A stretch of DNA of 64,000 nt. It comes from Fibrobacterota bacterium (GTDB lineage: Bacteria; Fibrobacterota; Fibrobacteria; UBA5070). This document shows positions 17,860-27,721 of the stretch, piece by piece (positions within the stretch are counted from its first letter, which is position 1; each line of letters opens with the position of its first letter). The translations under genes and the position numbers were made by a program. Below the pieces are notes generated by a model. It ran no database searches, was not told where the DNA came from, and worked only from the letters and a program-made list of their open reading frames with translations. The stretch is from contig JADKBN010000030.1 in NCBI GenBank assembly GCA_016715065.1, positions 18,905 through 82,904 of the forward strand, written 5' to 3'.

Positions 17860-19722
17860 ATGGACCTCCTCCGCTTTTCCACCGCCGGATCCGTCGATGA
17901 CGGCAAATCCACCCTGATCGGCCGCCTTCTGTACGATTCCAAGGGGATCTTCGAAGACCAGTTGGAGGCCGTGCAGAACGCCTCCAAGCAGCGTCTGGCC
18001 ACCGGCATCGATCTGTCGCTGTTGACCGACGGTCTGCGCGCCGAGCGCGAACAGGGCATCACCATCGACGTGGCCTACCGCTACTTCGCCACGCCCAAGC
18101 GCAAGTTCATCATCGCCGACACGCCGGGGCACGAACAGTACACCCGCAACATGGCCACGGGCGCGAGCACCGCGGATCTGGCCATTGTTCTGATCGACGC
18201 GCGCAAGGGCGTGCTGGAGCAGAGCCGCCGCCACAGCGCGATCTCCGCGATGCTGGGGATCCCGCGTGTGTGCGTGGCCGTCAACAAGATGGACCTCGTG
18301 GACTGGTCCAAGGACGTGTTCGACAAAATCCGGCAAGACTTCCTGGACCTGGCCGCCAAGCTGGGGATGGAAAACATCGAGTTCATCCCCCTGTCCGCCC
18401 TGTTGGGCGACAACGTGGTGGGACGTTCCGAGAACACTCCCTGGTACCAGGGTCCCACCCTGATCGAGCACCTGGAGACGGTGGACATCCCCAAGGAACT
18501 GTCATCCGACAAATTCCGGTTTCCCGTCCAGTACGTGATCCGCCCGGATCTCACGTTCCGCGGCTTCGCAGGACAGATCACATCGGGTTCGGTGAAGCCC
18601 GGCGACGAGATCGAAGTCCTGCCCTCCGGCAAGCGCGCGATCGTCAAGCAGCTACATTTTTTCGATCGCGAACTTCCCGTCGCGAGCTTCCCCAAATCGC
18701 TGACCATCACGTTGGACCGCGAAGTGGACGTGTCGCGCGGCGATGTGATCGTGAAGGCTGGTGCGGCCCCCAAGGTCGGACGCGACCTGGACGCGCAGGT
18801 GGTCTGGATGGACGAGCGCCCCTTGGCCCTCACGCGCCCTTACTTTCTGAAGCAAGGTTCCCGCACGGTGCGCGCCCGCATCACGCGGGTGTTGCACCGC
18901 ACCGAAATCAAGACCCTTTCGGAGATCCCGGCGGCGAACCTCGGCCTCAACGACATCGGTCGGGTGCGCATTTCCGCGGCCCAGCCCATTTTGCTGGATC
19001 CCTACCTGCAGTTTCGGCGCACCGGTGCGTTCATCCTGATCGACCCTGAAACGAATGCCACCGTGGCCGCCGGCATGGTGGCTGCCGACCAACCCCAGTC
19101 CAGCACGGATGTGGTATGGTCGGAATCGGAAGTGTCGCGCATCTCCCGCGAGGTCCGCAATGGGCACCGCGGCGGCGTGGTGTGGTTCACTGGCCTTTCC
19201 GGCAGCGGCAAGAGCACCATCGCCAAGGCTCTTGAAAAACGCCTGTTCCACGACCACCGCCAGGTGTACCTGCTCGATGGCGACAATTTGCGTCACGGAC
19301 TGAACAAGGATCTGGACTTCACCCCGGCAGCCCGCAGCGAAAACCTGCGCCGCGCCGCCGAGACCGCCAAGATCCTGGTGGATGCCGGCTTTCTGGTGCT
19401 GGCCACGTTCATTTCCCCCACCCAGGCAGATCGCGACATGGTCCGCGAGGTCGTGGGAGCCCGCGACTTTGCGGAAGTGCATGTGTCCACACCGTTGGCA
19501 GCGTGCGAATCGCGCGACCCCAAGGGGCTGTACGCGCGGGCGCGGTCCGGCGAGATCCGCGAATTCACCGGGATCAGCGCGCCGTGGGAACCGCCGGTTT
19601 CTCCGGCCTTGGAGCTTCCTGCCCATGAGCTTGCGGTGACAGAATCTGTGGAGCGCGTGGTGGCCTTGCTGGAGGCGCGGGGGTTGTTCGCGGATGTGCA
19701 GGAGCCGGGGGCGGGGATCTGA
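17860..19722 (+). CDS. cysNC: Bifunctional sulfate adenylyltransferase subunit 1 / adenylylsulfate (APS) kinase
   Basis: This lies in ORF 17686-19722, starting at ATG 17860 (MDLLRFSTAGSVDDGKSTLIGRLL), preceded by GAAGGGAGAAAGGA. GTPase motifs are GSVDDGKS, DTPGH and NKMD. The C-terminal APS kinase has the P-loop GLSGSGKST and LDGDNLRHGLN. Confidence 0.95.
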   Translation: MDLLRFSTAGSVDDGKSTLIGRLLYDSKGIFEDQLEAVQNASKQRLATGIDLSLLTDGLRAEREQGITIDVAYRYFATPKRKFIIADTPGHEQYTRNMATGASTADLAIVLIDARKGVLEQSRRHSAISAMLGIPRVCVAVNKMDLVDWSKDVFDKIRQDFLDLAAKLGMENIEFIPLSALLGDNVVGRSENTPWYQGPTLIEHLETVDIPKELSSDKFRFPVQYVIRPDLTFRGFAGQITSGSVKPGDEIEVLPSGKRAIVKQLHFFDRELPVASFPKSLTITLDREVDVSRGDVIVKAGAAPKVGRDLDAQVVWMDERPLALTRPYFLKQGSRTVRARITRVLHRTEIKTLSEIPAANLGLNDIGRVRISAAQPILLDPYLQFRRTGAFILIDPETNATVAAGMVAADQPQSSTDVVWSESEVSRISREVRNGHRGGVVWFTGLSGSGKSTIAKALEKRLFHDHRQVYLLDGDNLRHGLNKDLDFTPAARSENLRRAAETAKILVDAGFLVLATFISPTQADRDMVREVVGARDFAEVHVSTPLAACESRDPKGLYARARSGEIREFTGISAPWEPPVSPALELPAHELAVTESVERVVALLEARGLFADVQEPGAGI

Positions 19723-19726
19723 CGCC

Positions 19727-21814
19727 TCAAGGCAGAGGCGCGGTCCACATCAACCTGGGACCGGCATCCCATCGGCGCCCCAGGATATCCAGTCGTTTTC
19801 CGTCTGGGCGGACCACGCCGGGAGGAATATATCGGCCTACGGCGGGGCCGTACCAGGGCACCAGATCCTTGCGGCCGAGTTCCCGCAGCCCGTCGATCTG
19901 GAAAACCCTGGTGTCGCGCCCCTCCACCACCAACGGCACCTCACCCGTATGGTTCGCGATCGTCAAAATCCTGGAATCGCTTCCCAGGAGCTCGGTCATC
20001 TGGTAGGCGCCGTTTTCCACCTTGGCGAAATGGAGTCCGCCCTTCACCTGCGACTCGCCGGAGTTGGACACCACCACGATGACGCTCCCGTGCTGGTCGA
20101 TGAAACCGAACCCGCCCAGGCTGTCTCCTGCGAACGAAAGGGGGCAGGAATCGCGCACCTGGGATTCGGTCAGGATCGGGGCGATCGCCTCCAGCCTCGC
20201 CTTTTCTTCGGGCTTGAGATGGGTGAATCCCAGGTTGTCGACATACACGAACCAACCGCTCGGACGGTTCACCGGGGCTAGGTTCGCGAGTGCCGTGTCG
20301 CTCACGAAATACCCGCTGGGAATTCCCGACAAGCGCCACCCGACCACCCTTGGTTCGAACCAGTAGTAGAAGTTGGGATCCCGTGTGCTCTCGCTCTGCC
20401 GCTCAAGGTCGGTCGAGTAGTAGAATGCCGGGCCGAACGGGTGTTTTGGAGCATGCGCGCGCATCAGCGCGACAACGGGGGTATCGACCACCCCGGCATC
20501 CCAATAGGCCCGGTTGAAGGCCTGGGGTGCGCGGCGCACCGATCCGTCCAGGTTGGCCACATGGGTCCAGCCCACCGATAACCAGGCGTGCTTCAAGTAT
20601 TTGCGCGCCCATTCCATGTCCTTGCCCGCATTCTTCACCGCGTTGGTGAAGTTTTGCTGCCAGGCATCCATGTGCGCACCAATGGGGAGCTCGGGGGATC
20701 GCGCACAGTGCCCGCCCATGCCCGTGGATGCGCTCCAGTAGGCGGGGACCGCTCTGCCTTCGTCGGACTGCAGTTCGACGTTGAAGTACCAGTTCCTGGC
20801 CGGCAGGTGCTTCAGATAGATCCGGAAATCGTTTCCCGACCCACGGACCAATGCCGCTTGTTGCAAAATCTGTCCGCCAACCAACGGCTCACGCCCGTCG
20901 GCGCGGATGGTCTCCGCGGCGCGCGTGTAGAAACGGGCGAACCGCTCCGACTTGAAATCGTTGAACCGCGCCGAGTGGTTTGGCTTGATCGCCGAAAACC
21001 GCTCCGCCACCGTCGCACCCGGCAGTTTCAAGCCCGCCCAACGCTCGAAGTCGTCGAGCACCCGTGGATGATAGTCGTTGCCGCCGTAGAGTCCCACGAC
21101 GAAATCCGCCGCGAGGAATCCCCGGGAATGGATCCGGTTGGCGAGCCTGCCAAGTTTCAGTCCCGCGAAATCGCCGAAGGTCGCATTCCGGATTCCCTCG
21201 GGCCAATCGACCGAGTCCAACGGCATCATCGGGGACACGTACCCCGCCGACGTGTAGTAGACGACACCGTTGGCATCTTGCGCGAAGTATTTTTCCTTTC
21301 TGGGCGTCAACCACGCGCCCCATTGGGCCCACCCCTCGGCCTTGCTCATGTCGCCGATCCCCAACGAAGCATTGCCACCGGTCGCGGCCAGGTATTCGTA
21401 CCCCCAGGCGACGCAGCTCATGACGGGAACCTTTCCGTCGGATTCCGTCCCTTCGCTCGATTGGATCATCTGGGCCGACATCCGATCGATCTCCGATTTG
21501 TGCTCCCAGAACAGTTGCTCTGGCCAGGTGTAGGATCCCGCCCCCCAAGGAAAATCGTAGACTCCGTTGTGCTCCGTCACGAAGGGCGGAAAGTCCGGGT
21601 CGGGGCCTGGAACACTCGGATGTGGAAGGTCATAGGCACGAGCCTGCAAACCTATGCAAAGGAGCGAGGAGGTGAGCAACCTCCTCACGCCGGTGCAGTC
21701 GAACTCGCTGTTCCACAGGAACTTGTTGTGGGGCGCGGAATATCCGGCGGTCGCCTGACTCGGAAGCATCAGGATGGTGCGCATGGGGTGTACCCTCGGT
21801 GGCGTAGGATGCAT
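19727..21814 (-). CDS. Secreted protein of unknown function (tandem paralog 1), T9SS-like C-terminal tail
   Basis: 695-aa ORF, collinear with and clearly homologous to 21852-23876 (DLPHPxxPGPxPDFPPFVTExNGVxDxPWGAG.., HSRGFxAADFVVGLYG, WLSVGWTHVAN). A signal-like segment is RRLLTSSLLCIGLQARA, so the start is uncertain (a GTG at GVRRLL is possible). It ends ..RPDGKRLDILGRRW... Confidence 0.6.
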   Translation of the reverse strand: MHPTPPRVHPMRTILMLPSQATAGYSAPHNKFLWNSEFDCTGVRRLLTSSLLCIGLQARAYDLPHPSVPGPDPDFPPFVTEHNGVYDFPWGAGSYTWPEQLFWEHKSEIDRMSAQMIQSSEGTESDGKVPVMSCVAWGYEYLAATGGNASLGIGDMSKAEGWAQWGAWLTPRKEKYFAQDANGVVYYTSAGYVSPMMPLDSVDWPEGIRNATFGDFAGLKLGRLANRIHSRGFLAADFVVGLYGGNDYHPRVLDDFERWAGLKLPGATVAERFSAIKPNHSARFNDFKSERFARFYTRAAETIRADGREPLVGGQILQQAALVRGSGNDFRIYLKHLPARNWYFNVELQSDEGRAVPAYWSASTGMGGHCARSPELPIGAHMDAWQQNFTNAVKNAGKDMEWARKYLKHAWLSVGWTHVANLDGSVRRAPQAFNRAYWDAGVVDTPVVALMRAHAPKHPFGPAFYYSTDLERQSESTRDPNFYYWFEPRVVGWRLSGIPSGYFVSDTALANLAPVNRPSGWFVYVDNLGFTHLKPEEKARLEAIAPILTESQVRDSCPLSFAGDSLGGFGFIDQHGSVIVVVSNSGESQVKGGLHFAKVENGAYQMTELLGSDSRILTIANHTGEVPLVVEGRDTRVFQIDGLRELGRKDLVPWYGPAVGRYIPPGVVRPDGKRLDILGRRWDAGPRLMWTAPLP

Positions 21815-21851
21815 GGATGGAAGTATGCCACCTCACTTCCGACGTTTCTCA

Positions 21852-23876
21852 TCACGGCAACGGGGTGCTCCACATCACCCGGGGACCTTCCTCCAGCCTG
21901 CGCCCGAGGATATCGATGCGCTTGCCGTCTGGGCGCATCACGCTGGGCAGAACGTGTTTGCCTCCGGGCTGCCCGTTCCAAGGAATCAGATTCTTGCGTC
22001 CGAGTTCCCGCAGGCCGTCGATCTGGAAGACCCTGGTATCACGACCTTCCATCAACAGCGGCATTTTCCCGGAGTGATTGGAGATCACCAATTCCTCTTT
22101 CTGGCTACCCAGCAGTTCGGTCAGCTTGTAGGTGCCGTTTTCCACCTTGGCGAATCGGAGCGCACCTGTCACAGGAGTTTCCTTGGAATTGGACACGACC
22201 ACGATCACGCTGCCGTGTTGATCAATGAATGCGAAGCCTCCGAGACTATCGCCTTCGAAGGAAAGAGGGCAGGAATCGCGCACTTGCGAGCCTTCCAGAA
22301 TGGGGGCGAGGGCCTCCAGCCGCGCTTTCTCTTTGGGATTGTTGACCGTGGCGAACCAACCACTTGGTCGATTCGCGGGGGTGAGATTCGCCAAAGCGGT
22401 GTCGCTTATGAAATACCCACCCGGGACGCCTTCTCTTCGCCAACCAATGGCCAACGGTTCGAACCAGTAATAGTTGTTGTTCAGATTCGAATCCTCGATT
22501 TGGCGCTCGAGATCGGTCGAGAAGTAGAAGGCCGGGCCAAAAGGATGTCGCGGAATATGGGCCCGAACCAAAGCCACGATTTGCGTGTCGATTCCTCCCG
22601 CATCCCAGTAGGCGCGTTGGAAAGCCTGGGCTGCTCGGCGTACGGATCCATCGATGTTGGCCACATGGGTCCAACCGACCGAAAGCCAGGCATGCTTCAG
22701 ATACTTTTCACCCCATGCGGAGTCTTTTTTCGCGTTTTTGACGGCGGTGAAAAAACTCGACTCGCGAGCATCCATATGGGCTCCGAACGGGAATTCGGGA
22801 CTCCGGGCACAGTGTCCTCCCATCCCGGAGGAGGCGCTCCAATAGGGTGGTACGGGCCGACCATCATCCGACTGGAGTTCGATGTTGAAGTACCAGTTTT
22901 TGGCAGGTAGGTGCTTGAGGTAGATGCGGAAATCGTTCCCGGAGGTGCGCACCAAGCCGGCATTCTGCAGGATTTGTCCGCCGACCAACGGCTCTCGCCC
23001 GGATTCGAGAATGGTTTTGGCCGCACGAGCGTAGAAGCGCGCGTAACGCTCCGCCTTGAAGTCGTTGTAGCGGGACCAGTATTTGGCCCTGAGCACGTTG
23101 TAACGTTCGGTGACCGTCGCGCCCGGAACCGAAACCCCTGCCCAGCGCTGGAAGTCGTCGATCACCCGTGGATGGTAGTCGCTGCTCCCGTAGAGTCCGA
23201 CGACAAAATCTGCCGCAAAGAATCCGCGGGAGTGGATCCGGTTGGCCAATTTTCCAAGCTTCAACCCGGCGAAATCCCCGAAGGTCGCGTCTCGGATGCC
23301 TTCCGGCCAATCGACGGAATCCAAAGGCATCATCGGGGTCACGTACCCTGCCGCCGGGTAGTAGACATCCCCGTTGGCATCCTGGGCGAAATACTTCTGC
23401 TTGCGAGGCGTCAGCCAAGCCCCCCACTCGGACCACCCTTCCGCCTTGCTCTTGTCCCCGATGCCCAGGGTAGCATCGCCACCGGTCGCCGCCAGGTATT
23501 CGTAACCCCAGGCGACGCAGCTCATGACGGGAACCTTGCCTTGGCCTTCCATGCCGATGGCGCCGTCGATCATTTCCTGGAGGTGGTGATTGTTGAGCTG
23601 GGGCATTCCCTCCCAGAACAACTGTTCCGGCCAGGTGTAGTTGCCTGCACCCCAAGGGTAATCGAAAACACCGTTGCGCTCGGTCACGAAGGGAGGGAAG
23701 TCCGGATTGGGACCGGGAATGCCCGGGTGAGGGAGATCGAAACCTCGGGCCGGCGCGATCAAGCACAGAATTCCGATCGAAAAAGCCGAAAGGGCCCTGG
23801 CTAGCCTTCCCGCAAGGTTCCCCGTGGTCGCATTTGCCGCAAGGGTTGGCGGAGCGAAATATCGGTCAGCGAACAC
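21852..23876 (-). CDS. Secreted protein of unknown function (tandem paralog 2), T9SS-like C-terminal tail
   Basis: 674-aa ORF with a signal-like N-terminus (RLARALSAFSIGILCLIAPARG). It is homologous along its full length to 19727-21814 and ends ..RPDGKRIDILGRRL... Confidence 0.6.
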   Translation of the reverse strand: MFADRYFAPPTLAANATTGNLAGRLARALSAFSIGILCLIAPARGFDLPHPGIPGPNPDFPPFVTERNGVFDYPWGAGNYTWPEQLFWEGMPQLNNHHLQEMIDGAIGMEGQGKVPVMSCVAWGYEYLAATGGDATLGIGDKSKAEGWSEWGAWLTPRKQKYFAQDANGDVYYPAAGYVTPMMPLDSVDWPEGIRDATFGDFAGLKLGKLANRIHSRGFFAADFVVGLYGSSDYHPRVIDDFQRWAGVSVPGATVTERYNVLRAKYWSRYNDFKAERYARFYARAAKTILESGREPLVGGQILQNAGLVRTSGNDFRIYLKHLPAKNWYFNIELQSDDGRPVPPYWSASSGMGGHCARSPEFPFGAHMDARESSFFTAVKNAKKDSAWGEKYLKHAWLSVGWTHVANIDGSVRRAAQAFQRAYWDAGGIDTQIVALVRAHIPRHPFGPAFYFSTDLERQIEDSNLNNNYYWFEPLAIGWRREGVPGGYFISDTALANLTPANRPSGWFATVNNPKEKARLEALAPILEGSQVRDSCPLSFEGDSLGGFAFIDQHGSVIVVVSNSKETPVTGALRFAKVENGTYKLTELLGSQKEELVISNHSGKMPLLMEGRDTRVFQIDGLRELGRKNLIPWNGQPGGKHVLPSVMRPDGKRIDILGRRLEEGPRVMWSTPLP

Positions 23877-24130
23877 GGCAAGTCTCCAACGCGGAGGGAT
23901 CGGAACGGTCTCTCCATAAGATGGCTTCCAATCGCGAATTCCCCAATGGTCACGCTTTTCCCTGGATTTGGATTCCCTGGGCGGACCCCGATTGCCACGA
24001 AAATACCCCGCAGGCTTGCTGCGGGGTGGATATCCCGCGATGGTGGGTTGGTGAGGCGGAGGCGATGTGAATTGTATGCCGGAATATGTCTGGGTCGGAT
24101 GCGTTTCAGGGATCGGGAAATTGGAGGATT

Positions 24131-24166
24131 AAACAAACAAGGGGAGCCTGGTGGGCTCCCCTTGTT
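24131..24166 (-). terminator. Intrinsic terminator downstream of the lipoprotein gene
   Basis: The stem is CAAGGGGAGCC / GGCTCCCCTTG (24138-24148 with 24154-24164) closing a 5-nt loop. On the minus strand it is followed by TTTGTTT. It lies 25 nt after the stop at 24191. Confidence 0.7.
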
Positions 24167-24190
24167 GTGCTCAGGTGCGGGGTAGACCCG

Positions 24191-26122
24191 TCAATAGCGA
24201 ACAGGGACTTCTGTTTTCTTGACCCAGGCTCCCAATGGGTCTCCATCGGAGACACCCGACAGAATTCGACCAAGGTATACGCCAGAATCAGAAACGGACA
24301 CCACCTTTCCACCGAACATTCGTTCGAAATGGCTGCCACCACCGGGCCACGCCATCGCATGCACGCTGGAGACCGAGTCATCCGTCGAACAAGTGCCGCC
24401 TCCCCCGAAGAGGGCGATTTTTCCCGGACCCATACGCACAACCCGGGCGTCATCAAAGAAATCGTCATTGGACATGGAGCACCGGATTTTTTTCCCGTTG
24501 AGGCGTCCATCGCCGATAAGGCTCCACCACCCGCCGTCCCACCTCGAGGTGTACCAAGGGCTCACATATTCTCCCTGAACAGGCATAACAGGCATGCCCT
24601 GCTGACCTGCCGTGCGGACGCTCCAGGTTGAGCCTGCAAACTGCCGAAAACTGAAATCGTTAACGCCGTATCCAGCATACATCGCGGTGTACCTACGAGA
24701 ACCTACCACCCAGATGCCGTCGGCATCCGTCTCCATCCGGAATCCGTTCAGGGGATCAGCTTCATGCCACGTCGTCACGGAGTCCCACCGGATCCCGTCC
24801 AGACTCGACATGACAATCGGATCGCTGTCGAACCGAGAAAGATCCGCCGGTCTCAATGAATTGCTGGCCGCGATTGAATCGGAGTAGGTGGGAACCAAGC
24901 TTGCCTGCGGAGTACGAACACTCCACCACTTACCTTGGAATCTCACGGGAAATGCCGAGATGGGCATCGATTCCGCAGCCTTGATCCAGGTGATACCGGT
25001 GTCGGCGGATGTCCACTTTTCGATGGCTCCGGAGGACAAGATCTTACGGGGCGCACCTTCCCCAGGCAATGTCAGCTCCGCCCCGTATTCACCGGATCGC
25101 CATGCCACCAGGCTTCCGTTGGCAGTGTCCAGCTGGAATATTCCGCCCGACCAGGGGAGGCTTCCCTGTCTGCGCCAATCCAACTTCACTTCCTGGTAGA
25201 GGAAGGCGCTCACTATTTGCAATGTGATCGATTCCCACTTCGGTCCTGTGGTGTCGGCGTTGGCGACCAAAACTTGGTAGGTGGATCTGCCTTGCGAAGG
25301 AGTGTTGCCGGGATATTTGCCGGTAACGTCGTCAATCCATCGCGGACCAGCGGTTTCTCCCAGCAGAGTATCATCCCTGTAGATCCGGTATCGCCAAGTT
25401 TCGCGCAGCGGGATGGAATCCCAGCGCAGATACACAAGCCCCGCCAGCGTATCGAAGCGGGCTTCCAGATTGCGCACCACCGGCAAGCCTGTGAACACCA
25501 TCTGGATGTCCCCGGCGTCAACCGTACTGTCGGAAATTGTCTTGACGCTCGCGAAGGTGGGCGTGTAGCCTTCCACCAGCGTGTAGGCCGCCACCGTGTA
25601 TTTCCCTGAAGGCACTCCATCCAAGCGGAATCGGCCGGAATCGTCCACGTTCGACCAGATCCCCGCGCCCAGCGCATGGATCCAGGCGATGCGCGGCGAA
25701 TGCTGGGGTTGCACGCGGATGCGGCCCGTCAGGACTCCGGTACGCATCAGGGTGTCGGATGCGATGGAAAAGACCGTTCCGTTGGAATACAGCGAGTCCT
25801 GGAAGAGGGCGTCGCCATCGCGTCCCCGGACCACCAGGTTGTAAAAGCCTCTTCCCGGCACAGGCACTTCCACACCTCCCTGCGCATCGGCGATCATCTG
25901 CACGCGAGGTTCCACGCCCGTGTCCTCGGATCCGTAGAGTTGCACTCTTGCACCTGCCGCTGGTGACCCGTCCTTGCGGTGGAAGGCCAGCGTTGAGGTC
26001 TCGTCCATCGAGCCTCCGGATTCCAACGTCTTGTCCTGGCATCCAAGTAGCCCCAGCGCCGCCGCGACCATGCTTGTCCATAGCATTCGTTGACGTTTTC
26101 TGACCATCTTGTGGAAGTTCAT
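24191..26122 (-). CDS. Lipoprotein with carboxypeptidase-regulatory-like repeats and a BNR/Asp-box beta-propeller-like C-terminal region, coupled to TIGR02147-like gene
   Basis: The ORF is 24191-26584. I place the start at ATG 26122 (MNFHKMVRKRQRMLWTSMVAAALGLLGC, lipobox). This ATG overlaps the upstream stop as ATGA (26119-26122). There are repeats such as GRFRLDGVPSGKYTV and Asp-box-like SADTGITW and SLDGIRW. Confidence 0.7.
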   Translation of the reverse strand: MNFHKMVRKRQRMLWTSMVAAALGLLGCQDKTLESGGSMDETSTLAFHRKDGSPAAGARVQLYGSEDTGVEPRVQMIADAQGGVEVPVPGRGFYNLVVRGRDGDALFQDSLYSNGTVFSIASDTLMRTGVLTGRIRVQPQHSPRIAWIHALGAGIWSNVDDSGRFRLDGVPSGKYTVAAYTLVEGYTPTFASVKTISDSTVDAGDIQMVFTGLPVVRNLEARFDTLAGLVYLRWDSIPLRETWRYRIYRDDTLLGETAGPRWIDDVTGKYPGNTPSQGRSTYQVLVANADTTGPKWESITLQIVSAFLYQEVKLDWRRQGSLPWSGGIFQLDTANGSLVAWRSGEYGAELTLPGEGAPRKILSSGAIEKWTSADTGITWIKAAESMPISAFPVRFQGKWWSVRTPQASLVPTYSDSIAASNSLRPADLSRFDSDPIVMSSLDGIRWDSVTTWHEADPLNGFRMETDADGIWVVGSRRYTAMYAGYGVNDFSFRQFAGSTWSVRTAGQQGMPVMPVQGEYVSPWYTSRWDGGWWSLIGDGRLNGKKIRCSMSNDDFFDDARVVRMGPGKIALFGGGGTCSTDDSVSSVHAMAWPGGGSHFERMFGGKVVSVSDSGVYLGRILSGVSDGDPLGAWVKKTEVPVRY

Positions 26123-26952
26123 CGGGAGGCCTTTTTCAAGAGGGGGATCAGGGAAAGGGAAATCTGCAGGACCCGCTCCTGGGGAGAGGGGTCTTGCTGG
26201 ACAATGGCTCGCAAGGCGCGGCGGAAGCTTTCCACCCGCTCCAAAATCAGATCGGCGCCTTCGTTGGAAATGGCCACCGTGTTGGTGAACACGCGCCGGT
26301 CCGGGTCGTCTCCAGACATCAAGGCGGTTTGCACAACCTGCATCTGCTGGATCTGCAACTGCTTCACCAGCTCTTCGCGACTTTGCTCGGGAGTGGCCAG
26401 CATCTTGGTGGTCTGGCGCAAATACCCTTTGGCGTCGCGTTCGACCAAACCCAACTCCAAGATTGTGGCGATGGCCTCTTTCACCTGGCCCGGGGTGACC
26501 GCAGGCCGCAAGATTTGCGCGATGGGCTTTGGGTCGTCGGTAAAGTCGCCGGTGGCCAACATGGCCCGCACCGCGCCGGTCCACCAGTGCCGGTAGTAGC
26601 GGTAGGAGGCCTGCTCCAGCTCGGTGCGCTGCACCCGGCTCATTCCCGTCAGCTGATCGAAGGCAAGTTCGCGGTCTTCGGGGGTGTCGGCTTGGTTGTA
26701 GCGTACCAGGATCCGGAAGTAGCGGGCCTCGTCGCGATCGATCCCCAACAAGCCCACCATGCGATCCACGAAGGTGGGCGTGAGCTTGCGACCGGCCAAC
26801 ACGTCGGTGAAGAAGCTTCGGGTCCGGGGCAGACCCAATTGGCGGGACACCTCGCTCTTGTTGAAGTCGGGGTTTTGTTCCTGGGCCCAGGCATGCCAGT
26901 CCGACAGGTAGCGCCGGAAGTTTGTGTAAGAGTACACGATTGGTTGTTCCAT
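26119..26952 (-). CDS. TIGR02147/DUF4423-like uncharacterised HTH-type protein (paralog of 1348-2187)
   Basis: 277 aa. The pattern VYSYTNFRRYLSDWHAWAQEQNPDFNKSEVSRQLGLP..VLAGRKLT..MVGLLGIDRDEARYFRILVRYNQA follows the same family pattern as 1348-2187. Confidence 0.75.
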   Translation of the reverse strand: MEQPIVYSYTNFRRYLSDWHAWAQEQNPDFNKSEVSRQLGLPRTRSFFTDVLAGRKLTPTFVDRMVGLLGIDRDEARYFRILVRYNQADTPEDRELAFDQLTGMSRVQRTELEQASYRYYRHWWTGAVRAMLATGDFTDDPKPIAQILRPAVTPGQVKEAIATILELGLVERDAKGYLRQTTKMLATPEQSREELVKQLQIQQMQVVQTALMSGDDPDRRVFTNTVAISNEGADLILERVESFRRALRAIVQQDPSPQERVLQISLSLIPLLKKASR

Positions 26953-27030
26953 GCCCTTAAACTAAGGCTTTTCCTGCGCACAGGGAAGGCCAATGATGGG
27001 CATGATTTAGAGTACACTTGTGCGGCCAGC

Positions 27031-27687
27031 CTATGCCTTAGGCGATTCTGTCGAGACGACGTAGGATCGCAGCAAAGCGTTCGCTTTGGCCTTGCTTGCT
27101 TTGCACAGCTTGTCGGCGAGGTCGAAGGGAACCTCGAGAAGGCCGGCCTGCACGGAAATTCGTTCGAGCATGGCCAGCCACACCTTCCCCGCCATTTCCG
27201 CATCGTACTGGGCGCGGTGGAACGTGCCTTCGGAGGCGATGTTCAGGTGGCGGACCAAGGTCTCGAGCTTGTGGTTTTGCGCATCCTGGATCAGTCTCCT
27301 GGACAACAGCATCGAGCAGGAAAATTTCCCGGAATACGACCGGGAGATTTTGGAGAACTCGGAATCCAAAAATTTCTGGTCGAAAGTCGCGTTGTGGGCC
27401 ACAAGATTGTGGTTGCCTAGAAATTCGTGGAACTCGCTCATGACCTCGCGGCACGGAGCCGCATCCCTCAGCATGGAGTTGGTGATGCCGGTATACTCGG
27501 CGATGAAGCCGCTGATCGCGAAGCCTGGGTTCATGAGCTTCTGGAATCGCTCGACGATCGTACCACCGACAATTTTCACCGCGCCGATCTCGATGGCGCG
27601 ATCCCCGTACTGCGGCGAGAGGCCGGTGGTTTCAAAGTCCAGGACCACGACGGTGTCGGCGAGTGCGTGCGAGAGGGCGTTGGTCAT
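27031..27687 (-). CDS. DEDDh 3'-5' exonuclease (DnaQ / Pol III epsilon-like)
   Basis: 218 aa. Exo I is VVLDFETTGL, Exo II is LVAHNATFDQKFL, and Exo III is HRAQYDAEM. Confidence 0.88.
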   Translation of the reverse strand: MTNALSHALADTVVVLDFETTGLSPQYGDRAIEIGAVKIVGGTIVERFQKLMNPGFAISGFIAEYTGITNSMLRDAAPCREVMSEFHEFLGNHNLVAHNATFDQKFLDSEFSKISRSYSGKFSCSMLLSRRLIQDAQNHKLETLVRHLNIASEGTFHRAQYDAEMAGKVWLAMLERISVQAGLLEVPFDLADKLCKASKAKANALLRSYVVSTESPKA

Positions 27688-27721
27688 GATCGTTTCTTGG
27701 AAGTGGCACAGCGATGAGGCG

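Noticed and set aside
20588-22910. Long plus-strand ORFs (546 aa, 378 aa) across the tandem paralogs
   Set aside because: They are antisense shadow ORFs. Their mutual similarity simply mirrors the paralogy of the real minus-strand genes.
24191-26584. Full 797-aa version of the lipoprotein ORF
   Set aside because: Its first 154 codons overlap the TIGR02147-like gene and are Arg/Gly/Pro-rich. The lipobox signal peptide follows ATG 26122, which forms an ATGA junction.
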